Positions 8,688 to 17,891 of a stretch of 64,000 bases of DNA are shown here, in pieces. Position numbers and translations under genes: made by a program. Numbering within the stretch: the stretch's first letter is position 1; the number at the start of each line of letters is the position of its first letter. A model generated the notes under the pieces. It worked only from the letters and a program-made list of their open reading frames with translations. It was not told where the DNA came from and did no database searches. Source of the stretch: Cyanobacteria bacterium P01_A01_bin.123 (GTDB taxonomy: Bacteria; Cyanobacteriota; Cyanobacteriia; Phormidesmidales; Phormidesmidaceae); NCBI GenBank assembly GCA_039815185.1, contig JBCBZT010000022.1, forward strand, positions 59,792 through 123,791. Reading direction: 5' to 3'.

Positions 8688-11279
8688 ATGCCAACCCCAC
8701 CCCGCCTGCCCGCCAACTTGAAGGTGCTCGGCAAGAGCAAAACGCTATCAACAGTGTCTGATAGAGCTTTGGAAACCGTTGACGAGCGGGCAGAAACTTT
8801 GTCATCACGCCACGGTGAAGACGATTTAAGCACTATTGATGCCCTGCAAGAGATGGGCGCGAGCCGGGTTGATAGCCGCATGGGGATTCTGCGCAGTCAG
8901 CTTTTCTTCATGCTCTTTAGTCGCCTGCCCTACCCGGTGATTATGGTGCTGCCTTTCATCCATAAGGATGGCAAGCTGCTCATTCGGCAGTTGCAATGGC
9001 GTAGGGGCCGTCAGAAATTGACCGATGAGGCGACTGAAACAGACACCTCGACATCCGAGGCTGTGGATAGGCAGCGTCAAACCCTGATTCAAAAGGAACC
9101 ATCCCCCTATCTGCGATATCGCTGTCCTGACCATCCATTAACCTGTTCCCAGCTCGACCAAACGCAGCCAGCAGGGGACGCGGTTAATCATTGCCAACAG
9201 TGTGGATTTCCAGGGCTACTGCCAGAAAATGCTGAAATTCGAGGCCAGCAGGGGCGGTATCGGGTGGGTCGTTTTCTGGGCAGTCGGGGGCTGGGGCGTC
9301 TCTATACTGGGCAAGACGTGAATCGTCAGCAACCCGTGGTAATTCGGGAATACTTGCTGCCGGTTCAACACTTCAACGCTGCCGAACAGCATCTCACTCG
9401 CAATACCTTTGAAACCATTGCCGGACTCAAGTTAGCAGATGGTCGAGAACAGGATTTTCGACTGATGGAGCCCTGGGACGTGATTGGCGATCGCAATGAC
9501 CCAGAGCGCTGCTATCTGATTACCAAGGGTGCCGTCGACACTTTCCCGACCTTGCGGTCTGTGTTGGTTCAGCAAGGTGCCCTGAAACCTAGCCAAGTAC
9601 GCCAGATTCTCAACCAAGTGTTGCAAACCCTGGAATCTCTCCATGGTCAGACCTATGTGTTGCCCGCGGGGCAAATTCAAAAGGGGTTGGTGCATGGCAA
9701 CCTGAACTTAGACAGCATCGTGATCTTGCCGGATGCTGATTCGTATTATGAACAGCCCCAACTCCTGGCATTTGTCAGAGACTTGGCACTCTGGGAGTCA
9801 CTGTTTATCCCGCCCCCCGCCCCCGCCCAGATTTCGCAAGCCAAAGATGACCGGGTTGCCTTGGGGCAGATTGGTTTGTCTTTGCTGGTTGGACACTGGA
9901 ACGACGAATATGGTCGTCCCCTCAAGCCCCGCAGTGCTCAAGTGTGGCCCGGCAAAGATCTGCCCTTAGAACAATTTCTACGACAGCTGCTGGATATCGA
10001 AGCGCCTACCTTTGCAAGTGCCACTGAGGCTCGACAGGCCTTGTTGCAACTGCCGCCACTACCTACAACCCCATTGACGTCGTTGCAGGCAGTGGCTCCC
10101 GCTGAGCCCACCCGCACCCGGCGGTTGCCGCTATGGGTTTGGCTCATACTGCTAGCGGGGTTGGTGGGGGTAATAGGGGCCGGATTGCTGGGATGGTGGT
10201 TGAGTCGCCGTCGGGCGATCGCGAGTCAGCCCCCGTCAGTATGCTGTATTGCCGAGGTTGCCGCTGTGCCACCCGGTCAGTTTAATTATGCTGCCGCTCG
10301 CCAAGGAATCTGGTATCCCCTGTGGCACAGCAAAAATTTAGTGGTTCAGGGTAAAACGTTAGAGCAAGTCTTAGAGGCGGAACAATCGGATTTAAATCTG
10401 CAGTTGACGCCAGTGGCGAGCAGTCAAGTGGCGATCGATCAGGTGGGGCAAGATGGGGTTGATTTTGCGATCGCGCCTTTACCCAATAACCGGCCAACCG
10501 ATGTCACCATTGAACCGATTGCTTATGATGGGCTAGCCGTTTTTGTGGCCTTTAGCTACGTAGAACGTGAACAGGGCTTACCCCACCATCTACAGGGGCA
10601 AATTAGCCTGACGCAACTGCGCCAACTTTACACGGGTGAAATCACCAACTGGCAAGCCCTAGGTGGGCCAAATCTACCCGTTAAGCTCTATCTGCCCAAC
10701 CAACCTGAGCTGATCGAAATTTTTGAAGCGCGGGTGTTGCAAACGCCAGAGGCGATTCAAACGTTCCGACGGCTGTGGGGGTTAGAGATGGGGCAAACTT
10801 CTAGTCGTGCCGACAGCTTTATTAGTCGTCCAGAGATAGAGACAACTGATGGCGAAATGCTCCCTACCTTGGAGATGTTGACACAAACCCTAGAAGACTT
10901 TGAAGCGGAGGCTCAAATTGGCAGTATTGGCTTTGCCAGCCTCAGCCAAGTCTATGGCCAATGTTCGGTCTATCCCCTGGCAATCGCAGCGGATGATGAT
11001 GATGATGGGGTTCAACCCCTGTACCAACAGGATGGCACCCCGATTTCGCCAGCCGCTGATCTTTGTAGCGATAAGGGCAACTATGGCCCGGCGCAATCGC
11101 TGTTTGCCAATCAAACGTATCCATTGGCCTACCCCCTAGCGGTGCTTTATCGGCCAGATAATAGTCGTTTACCGATTGGGCCTATCTTTGTGCAAATGAT
11201 GACCACGGATGAAGGTCAACAGATATTGGGTAAGACGGGATTGGTGCCTTTAGTGGAGCGGCAAAATCAAGTTGATTAA
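8688..11279 (+). CDS. Membrane pseudokinase fused to PstS-like (PBP2) substrate-binding domain
   Basis: Cys cluster (C..C..CQQCG). Kinase-like fold with Gly loop LGSRGLGRLY but degenerate catalytic motifs (VVIR, HGN, DLA). One TM helix (LWVWLILLAGLVGVIGAGLLGWWL). PstS-like motifs IAYDGLAVFV, QLRQLYTGEITNWQALGG and YPLAYPL. Confidence 0.75.
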   Translation: MPTPPRLPANLKVLGKSKTLSTVSDRALETVDERAETLSSRHGEDDLSTIDALQEMGASRVDSRMGILRSQLFFMLFSRLPYPVIMVLPFIHKDGKLLIRQLQWRRGRQKLTDEATETDTSTSEAVDRQRQTLIQKEPSPYLRYRCPDHPLTCSQLDQTQPAGDAVNHCQQCGFPGLLPENAEIRGQQGRYRVGRFLGSRGLGRLYTGQDVNRQQPVVIREYLLPVQHFNAAEQHLTRNTFETIAGLKLADGREQDFRLMEPWDVIGDRNDPERCYLITKGAVDTFPTLRSVLVQQGALKPSQVRQILNQVLQTLESLHGQTYVLPAGQIQKGLVHGNLNLDSIVILPDADSYYEQPQLLAFVRDLALWESLFIPPPAPAQISQAKDDRVALGQIGLSLLVGHWNDEYGRPLKPRSAQVWPGKDLPLEQFLRQLLDIEAPTFASATEARQALLQLPPLPTTPLTSLQAVAPAEPTRTRRLPLWVWLILLAGLVGVIGAGLLGWWLSRRRAIASQPPSVCCIAEVAAVPPGQFNYAAARQGIWYPLWHSKNLVVQGKTLEQVLEAEQSDLNLQLTPVASSQVAIDQVGQDGVDFAIAPLPNNRPTDVTIEPIAYDGLAVFVAFSYVEREQGLPHHLQGQISLTQLRQLYTGEITNWQALGGPNLPVKLYLPNQPELIEIFEARVLQTPEAIQTFRRLWGLEMGQTSSRADSFISRPEIETTDGEMLPTLEMLTQTLEDFEAEAQIGSIGFASLSQVYGQCSVYPLAIAADDDDDGVQPLYQQDGTPISPAADLCSDKGNYGPAQSLFANQTYPLAYPLAVLYRPDNSRLPIGPIFVQMMTTDEGQQILGKTGLVPLVERQNQVD

Positions 11280-11309
11280 GCATAAAGCGTGTTGGAAATT
11301 TCTGTACGG

Positions 11310-13178
11310 TTACTCATTCAACCCCGTTGCCTGCTTTTGCAACTGCAACGCTGCAAACGCCCGCTGAAAATGGTCTGTCGTAATTTGAATCTGCGTGGGA
11401 TCCTCACCCCCCTGAGCCCGATAATCCCGCACTGCCTCCAACGCGGCTTGATTGCTCATCAATGCCAGATCGGCTCCGTTCCAATCTTGGGTTTGCACAG
11501 CCCACACCGCCAAATCCACATCCGACAAAGGCCGCGCTTGATTATGCACTTGCAAAATCGCCAGACGGCTGTTGGTGTCCGGTAGCCCGACTTCAATCTG
11601 CAAATCTAAGCGTCCTGCCCTCAGCAAAGCCTTGTCTAACGCTGCGGGGCGATTGGTTGCACCGATCAGCAACACATTTGTCGCGGCTTGCAAACCGTCC
11701 AACTCAGTTAGTAATTGACCCACCACGCGATCGCTCACCCCAGAATCCCCAGAGAACTGTCCCCGCACTGGAGCCAATGTGTCGATTTCATCGATAAACA
11801 CCACACAGGGCGACGCCTGCCGCGCCTTCGCAAACAGTTCACGCACGGCCTGTTCTGCCGCACCCACCCAACGACTCAACAACTCTGGCCCATTGACGGC
11901 AATGAAATTAGCTCGTGCTTGCGAAGCAACCGCCTTAGCCAACAGCGTTTTACCCGTCCCTGGGGGTCCCCACAGCAGCAACCCGCGCGGCGCTTGGGCC
12001 TTAGTCTGTTGATATAGCTCAGGATAGAGTAATGCCCCTTCCACTGCTTCTTGCAAGGTCTGCTTGATCGGCTCTAATCCGCCAATTTCGTCCCACTTGA
12101 CATGGGGCGATTCCACTTCCACTGCCCGTAATACGGAGGGCTTGATCGCCTTGATCGCCTGGGCAAAATCACTTTGGTTTAAACTCATCTCATCCGGCGT
12201 GGGATGATCCAGGGAAGGGAATTGTCGGCGCAGGGCTGTATAAGCCGCTTTTTGACACAAAGCTTTGAGATCGGCCCCCACTAGACCGACCGCTTGATCC
12301 GCGATCGCTTCCAAATCCACCGTTCCATCCAGCGGCATTTGCCGAGTCAGAATCTGCAAAATCTCCAAGCGGCCCTGACGATCCGGTACGCGAAACCGCA
12401 CTTCTCGATCAAACCGACCGGGGCGACGTAGGGCAGGGTCCAGGTGATCGGGGCGATTGGTAGCAGCGAGGACAATCACCCCTTGCGTTTCGGCGAACCC
12501 ATCCATCAAACTGAGTAATTGCGCCACCAACCGCTTTTCCACTTCCCCTTCAACCTTGCTGCGATCGGGGGCGAGACTGTCGATTTCGTCGATAAACACA
12601 ATGCAGGGGGATGCCTTAGCTGCCTTTTCAAAGATGCTGCGCAGTCGCCCTTCCGCTTCACCGTAGTATTTGCCCATTACCTCAGGGCCAACAATGGCAA
12701 TGTAGTTGACGCCTAGGGTCTCCGCCAGCGATCGCGCTGTTAGCGTTTTCCCCGTCCCCGGCGGCCCCACGAGCAACACGCCACGGGTGGGTTCTAACCC
12801 CAGCTTTGCCAGTAAATCTGGGCGTTTCAGCGGAATTTCTACCAGTTCCCGCAGTTCTTGCAGCACATCTGCCAAACCACCCACGTCTTTGAGTGAAGGC
12901 GTTTTTGAGGCTTCACTGCCTGCCGCTGTGCTCTCAACGGCATCCGCTGGTGGTGGGGTAATAATCACGTCTTCAGCAGCAGGGTCTTGCTTTGGCTGAG
13001 GAGTCCGATCCATGCGGCTCACCCCAATATCATTAGGAATATTGCCCTGACGAGGAATATTACTCATCGTGCGAGAATTAATCCGCACATCGGCCTTAAG
13101 TTCGCCCTTTTCTGCCTTTTCCTCCAGGGTTTTTGCCAGCTCAATTAGTTGTTCAAAGCCTTTGAAGAAGTCGCTCAT
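11310..13178 (-). CDS. CDC48/VCP-type double AAA+ ATPase
   Basis: Two GPPGTGKT Walker A motifs, two FIDEID Walker B motifs, SRH ALRRPGRFDRE / ALLRAGRLD. ATG at 13178 preferred over TTG at 13187. Confidence 0.9.
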   Translation of the reverse strand: MSDFFKGFEQLIELAKTLEEKAEKGELKADVRINSRTMSNIPRQGNIPNDIGVSRMDRTPQPKQDPAAEDVIITPPPADAVESTAAGSEASKTPSLKDVGGLADVLQELRELVEIPLKRPDLLAKLGLEPTRGVLLVGPPGTGKTLTARSLAETLGVNYIAIVGPEVMGKYYGEAEGRLRSIFEKAAKASPCIVFIDEIDSLAPDRSKVEGEVEKRLVAQLLSLMDGFAETQGVIVLAATNRPDHLDPALRRPGRFDREVRFRVPDRQGRLEILQILTRQMPLDGTVDLEAIADQAVGLVGADLKALCQKAAYTALRRQFPSLDHPTPDEMSLNQSDFAQAIKAIKPSVLRAVEVESPHVKWDEIGGLEPIKQTLQEAVEGALLYPELYQQTKAQAPRGLLLWGPPGTGKTLLAKAVASQARANFIAVNGPELLSRWVGAAEQAVRELFAKARQASPCVVFIDEIDTLAPVRGQFSGDSGVSDRVVGQLLTELDGLQAATNVLLIGATNRPAALDKALLRAGRLDLQIEVGLPDTNSRLAILQVHNQARPLSDVDLAVWAVQTQDWNGADLALMSNQAALEAVRDYRAQGGEDPTQIQITTDHFQRAFAALQLQKQATGLNE

Positions 13179-13400
13179 AGTACTCAAGGGGTAAAGAACC
13201 GGATGCTGATAGGGTTCCCAATTACCCTATGAAGAAGACAAATCCTGGCGTAGTGAACCTTTGCAATCCGGAACCGACACCCACGGGTCAGTGTCTACCA
13301 TGATGATTGCAACACCAGTGATTGCAACATTGGGTGGCGTCAGCCTTACAAGGAGTCACCCTTTAAACTACATGCTTATCCCAAACGGAGTTCAACCAAG

Positions 13401-13943
13401 ATGGCGCTATTGAAGAAGATTGTAGGCGGCTTAGTCGGCATTGTTGTGCTGGTTATTGCCGCCGGTTTTTTACTACCGAGTACGGTGCATGTTGAGCGGG
13501 ACATCGTTATTGATGCCCCCCCAGCCAAAGTCTTTGCGCTCATCAGCGATTTTGAAGCTTGGCCAGCCTGGTCACCCTGGGCCGATCTTGATCCTGAAGC
13601 GACGATGGAGATTACTGGGTCTGGCCTGGGTCAAACGATGAATTGGACTAGTACCGATCCTGATGTCGGGATCGGCTCTCAACAAATTGTGCAGCTCGAT
13701 TCACCCAGCTTATTGAAAACCCATTTAGAGTTTGGCGAGCTCGGCATGGCCGATGCCCTGTTTGAACTCACACCCGCAGATGACCAAACTAAAGTCACAT
13801 GGTCATTGGATACGGATATGAGAGAAGGCGTACCTTTATGGCTACAACCCGTTAATACCTACCTTGGTTTTTTGATGGATTCAATGGTTGGCGAAAGTTA
13901 CGAACAAGGCCTTGAAAATCTCAAAACTGCCGTTGAGAGTTAA
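13401..13943 (+). CDS. SRPBCC/polyketide cyclase family protein with N-terminal anchor
   Basis: VERDIVIDAPPAKVFALISDF..WSPW and C-terminal YEQGLENLK; GGAG ribosome-binding site upstream. Confidence 0.85.
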   Translation: MALLKKIVGGLVGIVVLVIAAGFLLPSTVHVERDIVIDAPPAKVFALISDFEAWPAWSPWADLDPEATMEITGSGLGQTMNWTSTDPDVGIGSQQIVQLDSPSLLKTHLEFGELGMADALFELTPADDQTKVTWSLDTDMREGVPLWLQPVNTYLGFLMDSMVGESYEQGLENLKTAVES

Positions 13944-13955
13944 GCGTTAAGCGCC

Positions 13956-14129
13956 TCATTCCACCACTCGCAGGCGGCCTTGGTTCAATTCTTCGTATAC
14001 CCGATTGAGCAAGGCCGCATCATTATCGCTCAAACCACTGCTGTAAAGAGACATCAGCAGTCGTTGGTCGTAGCGGGTAATACGACGAGTCGCAAATATT
14101 TTTTCAACAGCCTCTGTAATAGACATCAT
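13956..14129 (-). CDS. Small (57 aa) cyanobacterial-type hypothetical protein
   Basis: MSITEAVEKIFATRRITRYDQRLLM..LLNRVYEELNQGRLRVVE resembles a recurrent small cyanobacterial family (recognition from memory). Confidence 0.65.
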   Translation of the reverse strand: MMSITEAVEKIFATRRITRYDQRLLMSLYSSGLSDNDAALLNRVYEELNQGRLRVVE

Positions 14130-14522
14130 AGAACTGCACAATGAACTTTTAGTCAACGGGGTTCAGAAGGTTTCTTGTAATGCCCCCTGGAAGAATTAGA
14201 AAAGAATTAGAATAAATTCTGCACTGAACCTACTGTTCCACTTTAGACAAGATAGACAGACAAAACATCAGTGATAAACCCTATTCTCAAGCTGTCTGAT
14301 GTCACCGAGCGGATAGCGGCAAAGACTTATCCAAGCTAATGATCATCGCTTAAATCAGTCGATATGTTGTTGCTGAAATGCCATCAAATTAGAACCTTCA
14401 CAGATTTTTTACTCAAGCTCAATCTTGTAAAGCGAGGATAAATCAAGCCTCTGTACTAACACTGATGTCCTTAGGTGATCTGAGCTAGCTAAATCAGGTT
14501 GATTACGCAGTTTCCGCCTGTG

Positions 14523-14627
14523 TATAGCGCTGGCCAGATTGCTTAATGCACCTAGTATCGCTGGGATGCTCAACACACAGGCAATCTGGCTCGCCGTAGC
14601 GCACAAAGCTTTGTGGCTACGGCCATA
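14523..14627 (-). mobile_element. 105-bp palindromic MITE-like element, copy 1
   Basis: Its reverse complement aligns without gaps to 16064-16168 with 11 mismatches (manual count). Internal hairpins GCCAGATTGC..GCAATCTGGC and CACAAAGCTTTGTG. Confidence 0.75.
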
Positions 14628-14786
14628 CTATTGAGTAGCCGAAATGACGAAAGCTGCTATCGGCTCGGAAAGAAATAGCCTGGAAGCCACTAAAATAAGT
14701 GTGCAACCAGGCCGAATTGAAACTCACTGTCATCTCACTTGATTAATATGTAGAAATCCACTCGTCTCGTGCATACCGATAGCAGA

Positions 14787-14930
14787 CTATGCCGACAACA
14801 AATTGGCAAGCCAGTTGCGCCGGCGCACGTCAACTAAAGCGCCACAGTGGGCACATTTCTTGATGCCTCGAACACGAATGCGTTGGAGTTTGTTATGCCC
14901 GCATTCAGGGCATTTAGATTGCTGTTTCAT
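14787..14930 (-). CDS. 47-aa C4 zinc-ribbon microprotein (below ORF-track cutoff)
   Basis: Manual translation: MKQQSKCPECGHNKLQRIRVRGIKKCAHCGALVDVRRRNWLANLLSA*, with two CxxCG knuckles. Confidence 0.65.
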   Translation of the reverse strand: MKQQSKCPECGHNKLQRIRVRGIKKCAHCGALVDVRRRNWLANLLSA

Positions 14931-15172
14931 GGTTAGAGGACATAACATCGTAATACTTTTGTTCGATTACTAATACTGTTCTAAACCTTGCGGCTTTGAA
15001 ATGACTCATGTCCAGGACACTCTTGTAGTCGTCACAGGAAAGTTGTTACAGGAACGCTACAACTTTGAGCCGTTGGCTTTCCCCATAACCATCATTGGTC
15101 GAAAAGCACTTTTTTTATTCTTCACTAGCTTTCCCTACGATTCCAGTAAAGTCCCGCGATCGCAGTAAAGTT

Positions 15173-16027
15173 TTAGTTGCCTAAGTCGCTTTGGGTCAAC
15201 TCATCAGCGACCGATTCGGGTTGAGGTAAGAGCTGCTGAGAAAAATTAGCGACATCCCAAGGGGCAGCGGAATTCACATTTCCAGATTGTGTGAGTTGTG
15301 TAATTAGAGGTCTAGAATGCTGCCAGCGTAGGGCTTTGAGGCTATCTGCCATGAGAGGAATTGCGCTCAGAGCAATTAACCCGGACGCGAGTAGGCCAAT
15401 TAGACCATCGGCCCAAACCCATTGAAACTGAGCCACTGCGATCGCCGCCAATAAAATCCCCACAGAACCAATAGCGTCGGCTAATACATGCAAAAAGGCT
15501 CCGCGTAAATTGAGATCGAGGCGGCTATGGCCATAAAGCAGCGCTGCATTAATGCCATGCACCAGTAGCCCAATCACGGCGGCAAGTATCATAGGCGTGC
15601 TGTAAACTTCTGGATTCCCAGCCTGAAGGCGTCCTAAGGTTTCCCAGACAATCCAGCCCGCCATCACTATCAACCCACCGCTGTTTACCAAAGCAGCATA
15701 AATTTCGAAGGGTTGCCCTTGAGATTGCTGGCTTTGTGGACTGGCATTTTGTAATGCTGAGCGATTCAGTTGCGATCGCTGTGCCCACCAAGCTGCCCCC
15801 AAGGCGATCGCTAACCCAAAACTATCTGACACCATATGGCCCGCATCAGCGAGTAGCGTCAAACTATGACTCGCCTGGCCCATCAACAGCTCAAAGCCAG
15901 AATACAGGCTGGCCAACAGAAATGTGATGCCTAAGCGTGTCAGCTTCCCATTTGGCAACGATTCTGCATCAACCGTCTGAGCTTGGAGCGCTTGAGTCTG
16001 GCAGTAAAGGCAGTGATGGCGGTGCAT
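15173..16027 (-). CDS. Cation diffusion facilitator (CzcD/ZitB-like) metal transporter, lacking the usual C-terminal domain
   Basis: SLTLLADAGHMVSD (TM2 HxxxD) and NLRGAFLHVLADAIGS (TM5 HxxxD); His/Cys-rich N-terminus MHRHHCLYC. Confidence 0.85.
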   Translation of the reverse strand: MHRHHCLYCQTQALQAQTVDAESLPNGKLTRLGITFLLASLYSGFELLMGQASHSLTLLADAGHMVSDSFGLAIALGAAWWAQRSQLNRSALQNASPQSQQSQGQPFEIYAALVNSGGLIVMAGWIVWETLGRLQAGNPEVYSTPMILAAVIGLLVHGINAALLYGHSRLDLNLRGAFLHVLADAIGSVGILLAAIAVAQFQWVWADGLIGLLASGLIALSAIPLMADSLKALRWQHSRPLITQLTQSGNVNSAAPWDVANFSQQLLPQPESVADELTQSDLGN

Positions 16028-16063
16028 TCGTAACTCAGTATGGATCTAGATGGAGCCAAGATT

Positions 16064-16168
16064 TATAGCAGTAGCCACAAAGCTTTGTCCGCTACTGCGA
16101 GCCAGATTGCTTGTGTACTAAGCATCCCAGCGGTACTCGGTGCATTCAGCAATCTGGCCAGCGCTATA
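16064..16168 (+). mobile_element. 105-bp palindromic MITE-like element, copy 2
   Basis: Terminal inverted ends TATAGC...GCTATA; about 90% identical to the inverted copy at 14523-14627. Confidence 0.75.
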
Positions 16169-16234
16169 TCTGCCTTGACGCAGTGCTTTAGCACCAGGGT
16201 TCCCCAGTCTATCGAGAATTAGGCATTTTCTGCA

Positions 16235-17248
16235 TCAAGCTAACCCAATTTCTTGAAGTCGCTGTTGCAAGTATTCCCCAGCGGTTAATGAGGGAAACTT
16301 AGCCACGCCTCCTGTTCGTTCAACACAGCCAGCTATGGGTGTTAGATCTACCTCACGCCGAGGATGGACAAAAAATGGCATGGAAAATCGACTGTGCTGG
16401 GGGTTGGCAACGGGGGCTTCCTCAGCTTCCTTGCCAACGATTGGGCGTGTTGTATTATTGTCGCGCGCGGCGTCAAGTGGACTAGCGGGATTGCTGACGC
16501 GGTGGGTTGTACTTTTCAGTAAGCCATTGGTTAAAAGCTGCAACATATCCCCCGTATCTACAATGATTTGTCCTGGTAGCGCCTGTACTGGTAGCCAAGT
16601 GTCATCCCGTTGGCGTAGTTCTAGACCAGGTTCAGTCGCTTCACAGAGGAGGGTAATGAAATTGATGTCTTCATGGGGAGCTGCCCGTAAGCTAGCCCTG
16701 GGTGCATCCTCAGCAACTGGCGGATAGTGAATCACCCGCAGAATCGTATCGCCCTGATCTACCATTGCTTTGAGCCAAGGGCGTGGCTGCCCCAAATATA
16801 GGGCACAGGCCTCGAGCAAGACATCTGCACAGGCTTCAAGCTGGCTGTAGAGCTGGAGTAGTGTAGTGCGGAACTCTGGGATTTCTCGGGGCCAAAGGTT
16901 GGGGAGATAAACTCCGCCAGTACCCTCCCGCCCTACATGCCAAAATTCCTTTAAGTCTGGCAGGGGGTGATCCTTAGCGTGCTCTCGTCCAAATTGAGTA
17001 AACCCCCGTTGCCCCTTTAACTCAAGCTGCTCGTACTGTCGCTTGATATCATCGGGGAGTGTAAAGAAAGTGGTAGCTGCCGCGTAGGCCGCACGAATCA
17101 ACTCAGGTTCAACTGAGTGATTCACTAGGGCAAAAAAGCCAATATCTTCGAGCGCTGTCCCCAAAGACTGGACAAAAGCAGCCTGCTGGGCCGCATTACC
17201 CTGGACAAAATCTTGAAAATCTAGAACAGAAATGGTTTGAGCTAGCAT
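16235..17248 (-). CDS. 2-oxoglutarate/Fe(II) dioxygenase, isopenicillin N synthase family
   Basis: GFFALVNH, HEDIN (HxD), distal His in STTHRV, RFS (RxS) motif. Confidence 0.9.
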   Translation of the reverse strand: MLAQTISVLDFQDFVQGNAAQQAAFVQSLGTALEDIGFFALVNHSVEPELIRAAYAAATTFFTLPDDIKRQYEQLELKGQRGFTQFGREHAKDHPLPDLKEFWHVGREGTGGVYLPNLWPREIPEFRTTLLQLYSQLEACADVLLEACALYLGQPRPWLKAMVDQGDTILRVIHYPPVAEDAPRASLRAAPHEDINFITLLCEATEPGLELRQRDDTWLPVQALPGQIIVDTGDMLQLLTNGLLKSTTHRVSNPASPLDAARDNNTTRPIVGKEAEEAPVANPQHSRFSMPFFVHPRREVDLTPIAGCVERTGGVAKFPSLTAGEYLQQRLQEIGLA

Positions 17249-17891
17249 TAAGCTTTGATATCGCCACCTTGAGCAAAGGATACCTCCGCCCCAGATGGCG
17301 AATCGGGATTAATCATTATCAGGATTTAGCGAGAGTAGGTCTGGCTCAAACGATAGGCCATCGCCCAACACAGGCTGCTGCACAGCAAAACACTGCTAGC
17401 AGAAATCAAAAGTGAATAGGAGTGGGATTGCAAAAACTCAGAAATCATAGCGCTGTTTGTTTGAAGGACAACGTAGTGGGCAAGGTCGAACCCAAGTCCA
17501 ATGCGACACCTGGAGATTTCCCCGTAAGCATCGACAATTCTGAACTGGGAGAGGCATTTAGGAGCTATCTCTAAGCTGCCCAATCTTGAGCCTTTTTGGG
17601 CCGCCTTCTAGTGAAGAAAATCAAAAAAAATGAACAAGATTGTTGTAGATACCGTAACGAGTATGAAGAGCATTTCAGAATTAGCCTAAGCTATAGCTGA
17701 ATTGGGTCTCTGCTAAATGCGGCGACCTCGTCTTAAACCTTGGCCACATCCAGATCCTATGATTTTCCCTGTAGGATTTTAGGGCCTTATGTCTTTACTT
17801 AAGGTTTCAAATCGGATGTGGTTTACACTGATGAACTTGGAAGGTTGTCTCCTGAAGTCATCTTCGTTCCTTAACCTCAAAATCGTGGATT

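Noticed and set aside
14409..16222. ORFs 14409-14606(-) and 16040-16222(+) as paralogous genes
   Set aside because: Their similarity is confined to the 105-bp element; flanking parts and starts are unrelated.
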